A stretch of 64,000 bases of DNA from Blastocladiella emersonii ATCC 22665 (lineage: Eukaryota > Fungi > Blastocladiomycota). Below are positions 46,034-56,600 of this stretch, piece by piece. The notes under the pieces are model-generated. The model made no database searches and had not been told where the DNA came from. It was given only the letters and a program-made list of their open reading frames with translations. The stretch is from contig JANHCV010000003.1 in the NCBI GenBank assembly GCA_025594325.1, forward strand, positions 310,001 to 374,000, read 5' to 3'. A program made the position numbers and the translations under genes. The stretch's first letter is position 1; each line of letters opens with the position of its first letter.

Positions 46034-46085
46034 CCTGAGCAACGTAGGCTACCTGAGCAACGTAGCCAGATCCTGAGTAACGTAG
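46034..46085. promoter_or_regulatory. Three spaced copies of CCTGAG(C/T)AACGTAG in the TAF12-PSP1 divergent intergenic region
   Basis: Copies at 46034-46047, 46052-46065 and 46072-46085. The repeat is directly visible; a regulatory role is inferred. Confidence 0.55.
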
Positions 46086-46367
46086 AAGCGCCCTCGCGTC
46101 GGGGGAAGCGTCAGGTGACGGCGGCGTGACGGTGTGGCGTGCTGAGCTCGACGCGTCGATCTCGCTTCGGCGCAGAGTTCGGCGCTAAACTCAAGCCCGT
46201 CCCGCCCGCCGCGCCCGCCCGCTTGGCTTGCGCTCCCGCGGCGCTCGGTTGTTCATCTGCCCATCACCGCCCACGCACCTCATCTCGCGTGGCTGGCTCC
46301 AGTCGCGTGCCGCATTCGTTCGCTCCCTGCCGCCCGCACCCGCACACACCCAGCTGCCCCCGCCGCC

Positions 46368-48407
46368 ATGGCCTCAAAACCCGCCGCGCCCTCGCCCTCG
46401 GCCCCCGCTCCCCACAGCGTGCAGGCCGGCCTGCTCTCGCCCTCGACGAACACCAAGACCCCGTTCCAGACCCAGACGACGCCGTCGAGCGCCCGAGCGT
46501 ACCCGACCCCGCTGCACACGCCGCCGCACCGCATCCTCCACCCGTACTCGTCGCCCGTGTCCGTGACCATGACCCAGTCGCAGGCCCCGTCGCCCGCGCG
46601 CCGCAACTCGCCGCCCAACCCCATGTCCGCCGCCGCGCCCGCCATCGTCGTGTCCGAGGCCGCCGCCGCCGCCGCCGCGTCCGACCTCACGGCCGCCACC
46701 GACGACGTGTTCGTGCCGCCGCCGCAGCGCGGCCGGTCCAAGTCCATTGCCAGCTACGAGCCCGTGTCGTCGCGCTTCCGCGACTCGACCGAGCTGCACG
46801 CCGAGGCCGCCGCGGCTGCCACGGCGGCTGCCGCTGCCCGCGCTTCTGCTGCCAACGGTAACGGCAACGGCAACGGCGCGCCCAAGGACCTGGCGTCCAT
46901 CTGGAGCCGCGTGCAGCCCGCCAACCACCACGACGAGGGCAGCGCGCCCGCGGCCGCCGCCGCGCCGCCCGCCGTCGCCCCGCGCCAGTTCCCGTCGACG
47001 ACGCCGCGCTCGTCCTTCTCGGGCAACCTGCCGCGCCGCCCCTCGACCGGGTCGCACCTCGGGCCCTGGGAGGGCTTCTCGCGCAACGAGCCGCGCCGCC
47101 CCTCAAACGCCTCGGCCTCGCCCTTCCTCAACCCCGACTACGACCCCGTCGCCCTCTCGGGCGGGAGTCCCCCGTCTCGGTACGCTTATTTCTTGCGAGA
47201 GCTGCCTGGGCCCACCACTCACACGACTTATCGCTCCTGTAGCTCGCGCCAGTCGTCGTTCGAGCCCGCCCCCGGCCCGCGCCGCCACTCGGTCGCCGCC
47301 GGCAACGTGTACGTGCCGCCCGGCCGCTCCCTGTCGCAGGCCGTGGCCAACCTGGCCCTCAACGACGACAAGTCGGGCGCCGCGGGGCCCGGCGGCTTCA
47401 ACGCCCTCATGGAGGAGATCGACGACTACTATGGCGGCTCGCACGCCGGCACGGTCCCGCCCGCGCGCCGCCCGAGCGGCACGGGCGCCTCGCTGCTCGC
47501 CCCGCCCATGCCCGCCCCGCTCGGCGCCGGGTCCGGCTTCAACCCGGGCCGCCGCGCCAGTACCGGCCAGGTGCCCACGCGCATGCTGAACGCGGCGGCC
47601 GCCGCTGCCGCGGCGTCGTCGTCGCAGGCCGCGGGCTCGCTCGCCGACGTCGGCCGCGGGATCCCCCTGCACGTGCTGCCGTCCGACACGCCGCTGTTCA
47701 TTGTCGAGTTCAAGTCGGGCCGGTCGGACCTCTTCTACTACATCGGCGGCGACGCGCAGGACGAGCACATCACGGCGGGCGACCTGGTGATTGTCGAGGC
47801 GGACCGCGGCAAGGACCTCGGCAAGGTGATCCGCACCTCGATCACGCCGCACCAGATCCACCTCCTGCAGGCGCAGCAGTCGCCCGCGCTCGCCGACGTG
47901 CACCGCGTCAACCGCGAGATCCACCCGAAGCGCATCTTCCGCCTCGCCGCCCCCCAAGAAGTGCATATGCTCGCGACCAAGGGCATGGACGAGTACAAGG
48001 CGCTCGCCGTGTGCCAAACCAAGGTCCGCCAGAAGAAGTACCCGATGGAGGTGGTCGACGCAGAGTACCAGTGGGACCGCCGCAAGCTCACCTTCTACTT
48101 TGTCTCGGACACGCGCATCGACTTCCGCGAGCTCGTCCGCGACCTCTTCAAGATCTACAAGACCCGCATCTGGATGTGCGCCGTCTCGGCCATCGGCAAG
48201 GCCCCCGCCATCGTTCGCGGCAACGGCGCCGACGACGCCGGCCTCGGCCTCGCTAAGCGCGTCGCGCGTGGGGACTCGCCCCTCGAGGACGGCGAGCTGT
48301 CGGACGGTAACGGCAACAACGACAAGTCGTCGCCGCTGCTCCCCATGGACGCGCCGCGCCACGCCAACGGCGGCGCCGCACACGAGCCCGTCCCCGCGGC
48401 CGTGTAA
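46368..48407 (+). CDS. PSP1: PSP1 C-terminal domain protein
   Basis: GDLVIVEADRGKDLGKV, PKRIFRLA and MEVVDAEYQWDRRKLTFYF..RIDFRELVRDLFKIYKTRIWM. Probable 63-nt intron at 47180-47242. Confidence 0.92.
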   Translation: MASKPAAPSPSAPAPHSVQAGLLSPSTNTKTPFQTQTTPSSARAYPTPLHTPPHRILHPYSSPVSVTMTQSQAPSPARRNSPPNPMSAAAPAIVVSEAAAAAAASDLTAATDDVFVPPPQRGRSKSIASYEPVSSRFRDSTELHAEAAAAATAAAAARASAANGNGNGNGAPKDLASIWSRVQPANHHDEGSAPAAAAAPPAVAPRQFPSTTPRSSFSGNLPRRPSTGSHLGPWEGFSRNEPRRPSNASASPFLNPDYDPVALSGGSPPSRYAYFLRELPGPTTHTTYRSCSSRQSSFEPAPGPRRHSVAAGNVYVPPGRSLSQAVANLALNDDKSGAAGPGGFNALMEEIDDYYGGSHAGTVPPARRPSGTGASLLAPPMPAPLGAGSGFNPGRRASTGQVPTRMLNAAAAAAAASSSQAAGSLADVGRGIPLHVLPSDTPLFIVEFKSGRSDLFYYIGGDAQDEHITAGDLVIVEADRGKDLGKVIRTSITPHQIHLLQAQQSPALADVHRVNREIHPKRIFRLAAPQEVHMLATKGMDEYKALAVCQTKVRQKKYPMEVVDAEYQWDRRKLTFYFVSDTRIDFRELVRDLFKIYKTRIWMCAVSAIGKAPAIVRGNGADDAGLGLAKRVARGDSPLEDGELSDGNGNNDKSSPLLPMDAPRHANGGAAHEPVPAAV

Positions 48408-49057
48408 CGCGCGCGCAGCCGTGCGGCGCACGAGTAGAGTGAGTGTATAGCATGAGATGATGAGCACCACCCCCACACCACCACCATGTACAGAAATTTC
48501 CCGCAATCCCCCCGCTTCAGTATCTCTTCTCCCCCTTAGTCGGTCGGTCGGCCCGTGTTGTTTTTGCCGTTCATTACACAACGTTTCTTGATCACCTCTC
48601 CGCCTTGTCCTTGTTCGTTGTCCCGCGGCCACGGTCTCGGTGTCGCGACGATGGTTCGCCTTCGGTCGCACCGTGCTTCATGACGAGACGCGCGTAGTCC
48701 TGTCGTCCCCGCACCCGCGTGTCGCGTCGAGCACTCAACGACGCGAAACCGCGGCCCGCACCGCGTCATCCGTGTCCGTCCCGCCGAGTCATGGCAGCAA
48801 CATGCGGTGCTGCACGTCAGGGCGCCTGACACGCGGGTCGACGCGGGCCGTGTGGCTCATGTCCGCCCGGCGACCCGTGAGTGGCCGCCTCATGGTCGCC
48901 AGGAAGGGCTTGACGACGCCGTGGTCCCTGATCGGGTTTCACCGTGCAACTGCGCCACCGCCGCTGTCGCCACCGCCGCACGTTGCCAAGCTTCAGTGAT
49001 TTGAGGAGGGGAGAAGGCGAAGGCCGGAGCGAGAGGCGGTGGCCACGGTCGGCGGGG

Positions 49058-49063
49058 TATAAG
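49058..49063 (+). promoter_or_regulatory. TATA-like element
   Basis: TATAAG in a GC-rich context about 150 nt upstream of the LPMO-like ATG. Confidence 0.45.
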
Positions 49064-49206
49064 ACGCGGCCATCGCCCTCGTCCTCCCCCGCTGCCCTCG
49101 ACAACGAAACACCTCCCAACCAACACCATCAACACTCTTCGAGTGCCGTCGTAGACCGACCGACCTTTAGAAGAACCTGCTAGACAGACCCTGACCCTCC
49201 ACCACT

Positions 49207-50076
49207 ATGATCTCCTCGCCGCTCCGCATCGCGCTCCTGGTTCAGCTGGCCCTGATCCTCGCCGCGCTCTCCCCGACCGCGGACGCGCACTTCACGCTGC
49301 AGTCGCCCGTCGCGTCGCGCGAGAAGCAAGAGTACCCGAACGACAACCGGCGGTACTGGCCGATCGCGGGCGGGTCGACGCTGCGCCCGGTCCTCGACTG
49401 CCTCAAGCTGCCCCGCCGCCAGGTCGCGACGCTCGCCGCGGGCTCGACGCAGGTGTTCGGGTTCGAGATCGGCAACAACGCGCGCCACGTCGGGCCCTGC
49501 ACCGCGCAGCTCATCAACCTCAAGACGGGCGCGACCCAGGACATTGGGAAGGAGGAGAACTGCGTCAACCGCCGCGACGCCATGACCGTCAAGCTCCCGT
49601 CGACCACGTGCGACGAGTGCGTCGTCAAGATCAAGGTCACGGCGACCCACCTCGGCGCTAACTTCCCCGAGTTCTACGACTCGTGCGTCGACGTCAAGCT
49701 GACCGGCGGCAGCGGCACCGCGCCCGGCCCCAACCCGCCCGCGCCCGTCCCGACGGACGTCGACCCGGCCCCGTCGCCCTCGCCCTCGCCTCGCCCCAAC
49801 CCGCGCCCGCGCCCGCCCCGTCCGACGGCTACCCGCAACCCGGGCAAGGGCCAGCAGGACCCGACGCCCACGTCCGCGCCGATCCCGCAGCCTCCCTCGA
49901 ACGGCGGTAACGGCGACAACGGGTCGTGCTCGGCGGCCAACCACGGCCAGATGGTGTGCGGCGCCGGCGGCAAGACGATCCGCCAGTGCGTCTTCGACAA
50001 GTGGGTCGACATCCCCGTCGCCGCCGGCACCAAGTGCGTGCCCAGCGGGAACACGGTGCAGCTCGCGCGGGCGTGA
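49207..50076 (+). CDS. Secreted histidine-brace LPMO-like protein with a Pro-rich linker and a C-terminal CBM19/X278-like module
   Basis: The signal peptide ends A-D-A, leaving His28 as the mature N-terminus. His94 lies in HVGPC, followed by H148..E155-F-Y157..C. After a Pro/Thr linker comes a 4-Cys module (C..GQMVC..IRQC..W..VAAGTKC). Intronless. Confidence 0.8.
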   Translation: MISSPLRIALLVQLALILAALSPTADAHFTLQSPVASREKQEYPNDNRRYWPIAGGSTLRPVLDCLKLPRRQVATLAAGSTQVFGFEIGNNARHVGPCTAQLINLKTGATQDIGKEENCVNRRDAMTVKLPSTTCDECVVKIKVTATHLGANFPEFYDSCVDVKLTGGSGTAPGPNPPAPVPTDVDPAPSPSPSPRPNPRPRPPRPTATRNPGKGQQDPTPTSAPIPQPPSNGGNGDNGSCSAANHGQMVCGAGGKTIRQCVFDKWVDIPVAAGTKCVPSGNTVQLARA

Positions 50077-50624
50077 GCGCGCAGTGGGTGGATGTAGCAG
50101 TAAACAATGAAAGCAGTGCTTTGTGAATTTGCGGGGAGATTTCAGGGGTGGAGAGGAGGTGAAGCGAGTGAGGGCGGGCTGGACCGTGCGGTCGAGACCC
50201 GCGGCACGACGCGTCAGAGGAATGTGATCACGTCGTATCAGTGATAGGCGTCGACGCTTATCACGGAGGAATCGATGAGGGCCAGAGTCATGCTTCAAGC
50301 TTCTCGAACTTAGTCGTAGGCTCCAGCGTCCGCGACCAGTTGAAGCGGCCACGGCTGCTCTGATCCGTCAAGGTGAACCACGCACACATCACAGGCATGA
50401 GCGCGACGTTGGCCAGTACCTCAAACCACATGCTACCCTATAACAAGGTTACGAGCCAGAACCGCAAAACAGGAGATGCTCGACTCAACGCGTCGATCAC
50501 TCCACGTGAGCTCAGCCGATGGGCGCGACGCGCGTCGCTCAGCTGTCATCCGCGCGCGATCCTGCTCTTGCTCTTGAACTCCACCCTCACTTATTGCAAC
50601 GTATCAACGACTGGCTGCATTAAC

Positions 50625-51209
50625 ATGTCCGTCACCGCTGCCACCGACCGCGAGGTGTTCCTCAAGACGTCCGACGGGAAGACGGTCGTCACGACGCTCG
50701 CAATCATTTCCAAGTCGGCCGTCCTCAAGGACGCGGCCGCCGCGTGCATCGCCAAGGGCGCCAAGATCGAGGTCGACCTGCCGTCCATCTCCGAGGTGAC
50801 GCTCCACCACGTCATCGAGTGGCTCGTGCACCACATCGACGAGCCGTCGCTCGTCCCCGAACGCGGCACACCCATCTCGGAGTGGGACGAGGACTTGATC
50901 GCGCGCATCCCGCTGCAGCCCGAGCGCGTGGACCTGCTCAACGCCGCCGACTACCTCAAGATCCTGCCGTTGTCGGACCTCATGATCAGCATCTTTGCGC
51001 GCAGAGTCAACGAGCACCGCAACGTGGACCGCATCGCCAAGAAGCTCGAGCGGCTGCACGCGTACAGCATGCGTTTTGAGGCGCAGCGGATCGGCGTCAG
51101 ACGCCAGCTTGTATCTGACGGTGCCAACCGCGTCAGCGACGTTGGCTCCCGTGGACTCGAGTTCGTCCACGGCGATTTTGGTTTCTCCTTCACCACCACA
51201 GCGGCTTGA
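50625..51209 (+). CDS. Divergent Skp1/POZ-family protein
   Basis: VFLKTSDGK, LPSISEVTLHHVIEWLVHH, ISEWDEDL and LLNAADYLKILPL. The C-terminus does not resemble the canonical F-box-binding tail. Confidence 0.8.
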   Translation: MSVTAATDREVFLKTSDGKTVVTTLAIISKSAVLKDAAAACIAKGAKIEVDLPSISEVTLHHVIEWLVHHIDEPSLVPERGTPISEWDEDLIARIPLQPERVDLLNAADYLKILPLSDLMISIFARRVNEHRNVDRIAKKLERLHAYSMRFEAQRIGVRRQLVSDGANRVSDVGSRGLEFVHGDFGFSFTTTAA

Positions 51210-53249
51210 CTTCCATTTCAACCCCCGTCGAGGACAAGGATCAGATCAAGACAACCGGGAAGCCTCCCTTGTAAGCGCAGCGGCTGCGCGGGCGTCGTGA
51301 AAAGCTTCCCGCGCCGCTCGCGTAGTCCCTGCGGGTACTCTTGACGCTCCTCGAGCTGTGCTTAGCCGCGGGATCCGAACTCTCTTCAGGACTACTTTTG
51401 CTTGACGTCGCATGTCGTTCTCGCGTACGAACAACGATCCGCTTGTCACCTTTAGACTATTTGTCGTATGGGATCGCATGTGCTGGGGGAATATAGAATG
51501 TATCACAACTTTCACGCCGATACTCGATGTGGTGCTGCTGTATTACGACACAGTTCCGGTCTGCCGTCGTCCTGACAAACGTTTCCGCTCGGAGCTGGTG
51601 CAGAACCCCCGGTGGCGAGATGTACCGCGCCTACACAGGTGCCCCGCCAACGTACCAGTCAACCGGTAGCTGTTCATATCTGTCAGCTTCCAAGCCTAGG
51701 CAACGCCGGGCGTTGGTGAATTGGCCTCCACCTCCGCTGGGCGCGTACGTGCAAGTTCTGCATTCCCCCCTTGCGGAACTCCGGATCGATCCCCCAAGGA
51801 CGACTCCAGAGACCCAAATGGTTAAATAGTCACATAAAGTGGAGGGGAGCATGGCGGGTAGCGTCACGCATTCACATCAAGGCCCATGTTGCGGAAATGA
51901 GGAAAGGGTTGATCGTTTTGCCAGTTGCAGACTCGAACGCGATGTTCGCGTCGCACAAGCGCACGTGGTGGGCGCCGCCACGCCTCCAGCCGCCTTCACG
52001 ACTCTCAGCGTCGCGCTTCCGCTCCTGCACCAACCTCATGTAGCGCACTTACGCACAAAAAAAAACTCTATGCAACGAATGGACACGGCGATTTCGGACT
52101 GCATGTCGGCCATGAGTCGCAGCTCGGCCGATTCGCCGACTCGACGACCGCCACTGCAGCTGCTTTGTCGTTGACAGCGAGCTCGCCACACTGCAACGAA
52201 ATTCATTTCGTGGGCACTCTCAGGTTCCAAGCTCCGAGTGCTTGCTTTTATGGTCGCCGCGAGCTGACTATACTGCACAGCCCCGACCTTTGACGAGATC
52301 CACACCTCGAAGTTGCTGATTCCAACCGTCGACACTGCTACTATTCCACGCCACTAAACAGACTATAAGGAGACCGGGAGGCAACCTGGCAATTCTGAAC
52401 CAATCGTTCGAACTCCCGCGACTCGGCCGTGAACGACAACGACGCGGCTAGGATACTGGGGCGCTCGAAACGCTCGTTCTCGTCCACGCTTCTAAACATG
52501 CCTGTTTCCCCGGCATTAATCTCCCGCAACTCCACGGCTTAGACTCGCTTCCATGGAAGCCCTCGTGGCCCTCACGTTTCGTGCGTCCGCCCGCGTGCTT
52601 CCCCCGCCAGTCGAACACCGAAACCAACGACCTTGGGTTAAGCGACGTTGGGCCACCTGGAAATCGGTCGAACTTGCGCTCAAGCAAAGTCAATGAGGAA
52701 TGGACATGGACACAAACTCGAGCCCGCGGATGTACCGCGCCCACCGAACATGCAACATAACTTCAGTGTTCCGGTTTGGGGAGTGTCTCTTGGCTGCTTC
52801 CGTCTAAAATCCCCGCTTTCAACACCCGCATTCTTGTTGCACGACGATGCTTGCAACGAGGTCCCACTCGTTAGAGATTCATCGACTTGCACTCGCTGGT
52901 AGTATTCTGTGGGTCGTGTCACTCAAACCGGCGCCCTCCGAGGCTCCTATCGCTGTCCCCACTCTCGATCCACGGCTGACCCGGCTCGAGACCAGCCCGT
53001 ACATGATCGAACCTGTGCGACGAAGGTTGTGGTTCGATCATGTGTAGGGAATCGAGTGGCATTGAAACGGTCGGTCACGAGAGTTACGAGAAGGCAGCTT
53101 GCTGAGTCGGCCGCCCCACTGCGGCGGCGTGCGGGGCGGTGTAAAGCAACCGAACGTTGTCTAGAGGGTACTTTGGCCACGTCAGCTGCCTCGTCTAGGT
53201 CCTGTGCTGGCGGAGCGGCCTGCGCCAGCACGGACCACCGCGTGGATGA

Positions 53250-53295
53250 GATGGTCCCACCCATGGAACTCTGGGTTCGAATCCCGGCCATTCCA
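53250..53295 (+). other. tRNA-like 3' half (T-arm/B-box), possibly a tRNA-Gly relic
   Basis: T-arm CTGGG-TTCGAAT-CCCGG, then CCATTCCA; upstream hairpin ATGG-TCCCAC-CCAT. No matching 5' acceptor strand or D-arm. Confidence 0.35.
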
Positions 53296-53634
53296 CGTTG
53301 ACGCCTGCGGGCACAGTGGGGCATTGTCTGGTAGCGTCGGTGAATAACACATGGCCGCCGGGGGGAGGAGGGGAACGGGAAGAGGAAGGTGAAGGCGGGA
53401 AGAGGCGGGAAAGCAAGACACACGAGAGAAACGCGCAAGGAAAAATCGACATTTTTGCATACTTTTCTTCTTCGCAATTCATTTATGCGCTTACCGGTGA
53501 AGCGCACGCGTCGTGTTTCAGGTTCGCGGCCGCGTTGCGCCACGCACGCGCGGGTGGCGTTTCAGCGGAACGGGTTCCCACGGTGAGCCGCGGGTTCTGC
53601 TGGCCTCCTCCCCTCACGAACGAGCACGCCCGCA

Positions 53635-56600
53635 ATGGAGACCTCGCCAGACTTGATGCAACGAATGGAACTGAACGCGGACGCGGCAGCACCCGAGACG
53701 GCGGCGGTTCGGGACCCGCGCCCCCACGGCGCCGCGCCCGACCTCGGCCCGCACGACGGCGGCGGCCGTCTACTCGCACCTCGCACACTTGCCATTGACG
53801 ATCCCGCGCCCGCACTGCCCGAGTGCGGCCCGCCGTCCGACACGGCCGAGTTCGATCGGCGGGTCTTTGCCGAGCGCGCGGCCCGCGGCTGGTGGTGCCC
53901 CTTTCCGCACACGCCGACGTCGCTGCTGCTCCAGCTTACCCGTGGCGGCGTCGGTGGTGGGCCCGGACTCGAAGTCGAGGAGGTCCAGCGGATCCTGTCC
54001 AGTTGCTCTCAGACTCGAGGTTTGGCTGGTCCCGACAGCATCGATCCCGCGTCCCTTTTACTTGGCTTGAACGGTGCCACGCCCGTGTCCGCGTCACCGT
54101 CTTCGCCTCCTTCATCGACCTCCACCGCCCCGGGCCGCGCGGACAGCCGCGGACGCGGTGGCGGAGACCGCGAGCGCAGCTACGACGAGCGCACGCACGA
54201 TCACAGCCACGGTACGTGCTACTCGATTTCGCATTGGCGGGGCGTGCCTCGCTCCTGGTTTGCTGCAACTAGGCGGACCCGCAACAGTACTTGTCACGCT
54301 CCAAGTCAACTAACGTTCCCCCTGCTGCCACCCACCCTCTTCGCCCGCCGTGTATTGATTAGACTTGTTCCTCGCCACGTACTTGGTCGCGCCGCAGAGC
54401 CCAAAGCTTCCGCTGCCCGCGCAGCCTGCGACCACGACCACGGGCGCCGACCCGCTCACCGCCGTGCTTTTTGGCGCCGATTTCCAGCGCGACCTCGTCC
54501 CGTTCATTGCCTCGGACCCGGAACCGCGGGCCGCCTTTGCCCACCTCAAGGACCCCGCCGCCGCGCCCTACTTTCTGGTCTCCGTCCGCGGGGAGCGCAC
54601 GCGCCGCGGCACGCGAAAGCTCAAGGCCCTGTACCGGTACACGCTCGATGTGTACCTGCGCGCCGACGTGGCGAGCCGCGACCTGCGCTGCGCCGAGCCG
54701 GGCGTTTACCGCGCGGTCCGCCGGCTGCTCCGGTCGCACCGCCCGATCCCGTCGCGGGCTGCCCTGTCCAACGGCACCTTTGCCGCGCTGCCGCCGCAGT
54801 CCATCTCGCACTGGAAACCGACGTGGTGCCCGCCGCCGCTCGACTCGAAAAACACTCGGCCAACGCTCGCCCTGTGGCTCGTACACCTCGAGAACGACCC
54901 GTACGCGCATCTCCTTGCCACCACTTCTTCGCGACCGCGCTCTGGATCCGGATCGGTGCCCGTGCCCGTTTCCGGTTTCGCGCTGCCCTCGTACAGCTGC
55001 GCGGGCGGCACCTCGCTCGCCCCGCCGCTCGTGCGCCTCGGGCCCGGCGGCGTCCTCTACAACCTCGATCTAGGCGAGTGGGCCGAGACGGACGTGTGGT
55101 GGTCCCCGGCTCCCTCGCCCCTTCCCGCGGACTGGACGACCATGGCCTTGCCCGACACTATGCGATCCGCCCTTCCTCGGCTAACAACAGCACCAACACC
55201 GCTTCCCTTGAACCCGCCAGCGAGCTGCGAAGTACGCGCCGGCGCCATCTTATCGAGACCGTCCGACGAGCTGTTTGCGTCGATTCTCCAGCTCGTCCAG
55301 GTGCGGCCGCCGCAACAGCATGTACTCCCGACAATTGCTTCCGGACTGGATCCAAAGACGAATCCGCTGATTCTATCGCGGGCAACATTACTTGTCATTG
55401 ACCGCGTCCCGCAAGGCTGGCTCGACCTGATCAAGACAAATAGCATGGCCGCTCGTGGCACGAGTGCACGTGCCTTCTCCTCGCTTCAGCAGCCGCTGCG
55501 CGTCGTCGATATTTCGGGTATGACCCAGTACCTTGCCGCGTCGTGGGACGACATTGTGAATGCCGACTTGGTCTTTGTCTCGATGGGCGCTGTCCTGGGT
55601 GCGGCCGAGTACTGGGCCCGCGTTGCTTCTCTGGTCGGGCACCCCGAATCCGGACCCGACGAGTACCACGGCCCCGCTCCGTTTCTCGGACCCATCGATC
55701 ACGACGCTGGCCGTGCGGCAATTTCGCCTGCGCGGCACGAGTTTGCGCTCCGTCTCGCCGAGCACACGGCGGCGCTGATCGCGTCGGGTCCCGCTGCGTA
55801 CGGCCTGACCCGCGGCGAGGTCGTTTTTGAGCGCGTCCAGTTCCACCGCATCTTCTTGTTTGGCTCTCACCTTGCGACGGGCGTGGTTCCAGGAGTCAGG
55901 GATTGGCACGACCGCGTCGGCCAGCACCTCGCGCTGGCATCCGCCCTTGGCCGCAGTCGGGCGGAGGTTCGCCGTCTCGAGGCAGAGGTGGGGGCCAGGC
56001 CGGGTCACGCGGCGCGGGTCGCCGCCGCGAGAGCGGTCGTGCAGGAGCAACTGGAGCAGCTCAAGGACCTGCGGCCGAGCGTGCTGCTGCACCAGATTCT
56101 CGCCGGTTTGCGCGGCGCCTTCAAGTACGAGGTCGTGTCCCCGACGTATTTTGGTACAACGGCCGCTTACACCGTGCCGAGCATGATCGACAGGCTCAGC
56201 GCCGCTGGCCTGCGCACCCTCCTGAGCCATCTTCCGCTGGGCCCGCTTCCGCATCTGCGCGGTGATGCAGACTGGATCGGGTTCGTGCAGCACGCGATTC
56301 GCGCGGTCCCCGAGGGCACGCTGACCGCGTCCTTGCCGTTTGACATGAAGTACCACGTCGGTGCAGTCGCGCCACTTGCTTCCGAGATTTTGGGTGCGCA
56401 CGCGTCGGCTGCTTCCGCCCGCGCCAACTTTGTCGCGGCTTCGCGCGGGTTCACTTCGCCTCCTCGAGGGTACGCTCTGCGCCAGCTCATTGGTGGCCTG
56501 CAGCACCGTGACCACGACCACCAGCTCGCCGCCGCTGACTCGGTCGACCCGGCGGCGGCAGCGACTGCGGCCGTACCAGCAGCTGACCACGCGTGTGCTT

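Noticed and set aside
46034-46085. CRISPR-like repeat-spacer array
   Set aside because: Only three 14-bp repeats with 4-6 nt spacers, no cas genes, and a eukaryotic context.
50373-50624. N-terminal extension of the Skp1-like ORF from ATG/GTG 50373
   Set aside because: The composition looks non-coding, and Skp1 homology begins just after ATG 50625.
52057-52065. A9 run as the poly(A) tail of a retrocopy
   Set aside because: Too short, with no target-site duplication or recognisable upstream processed gene.
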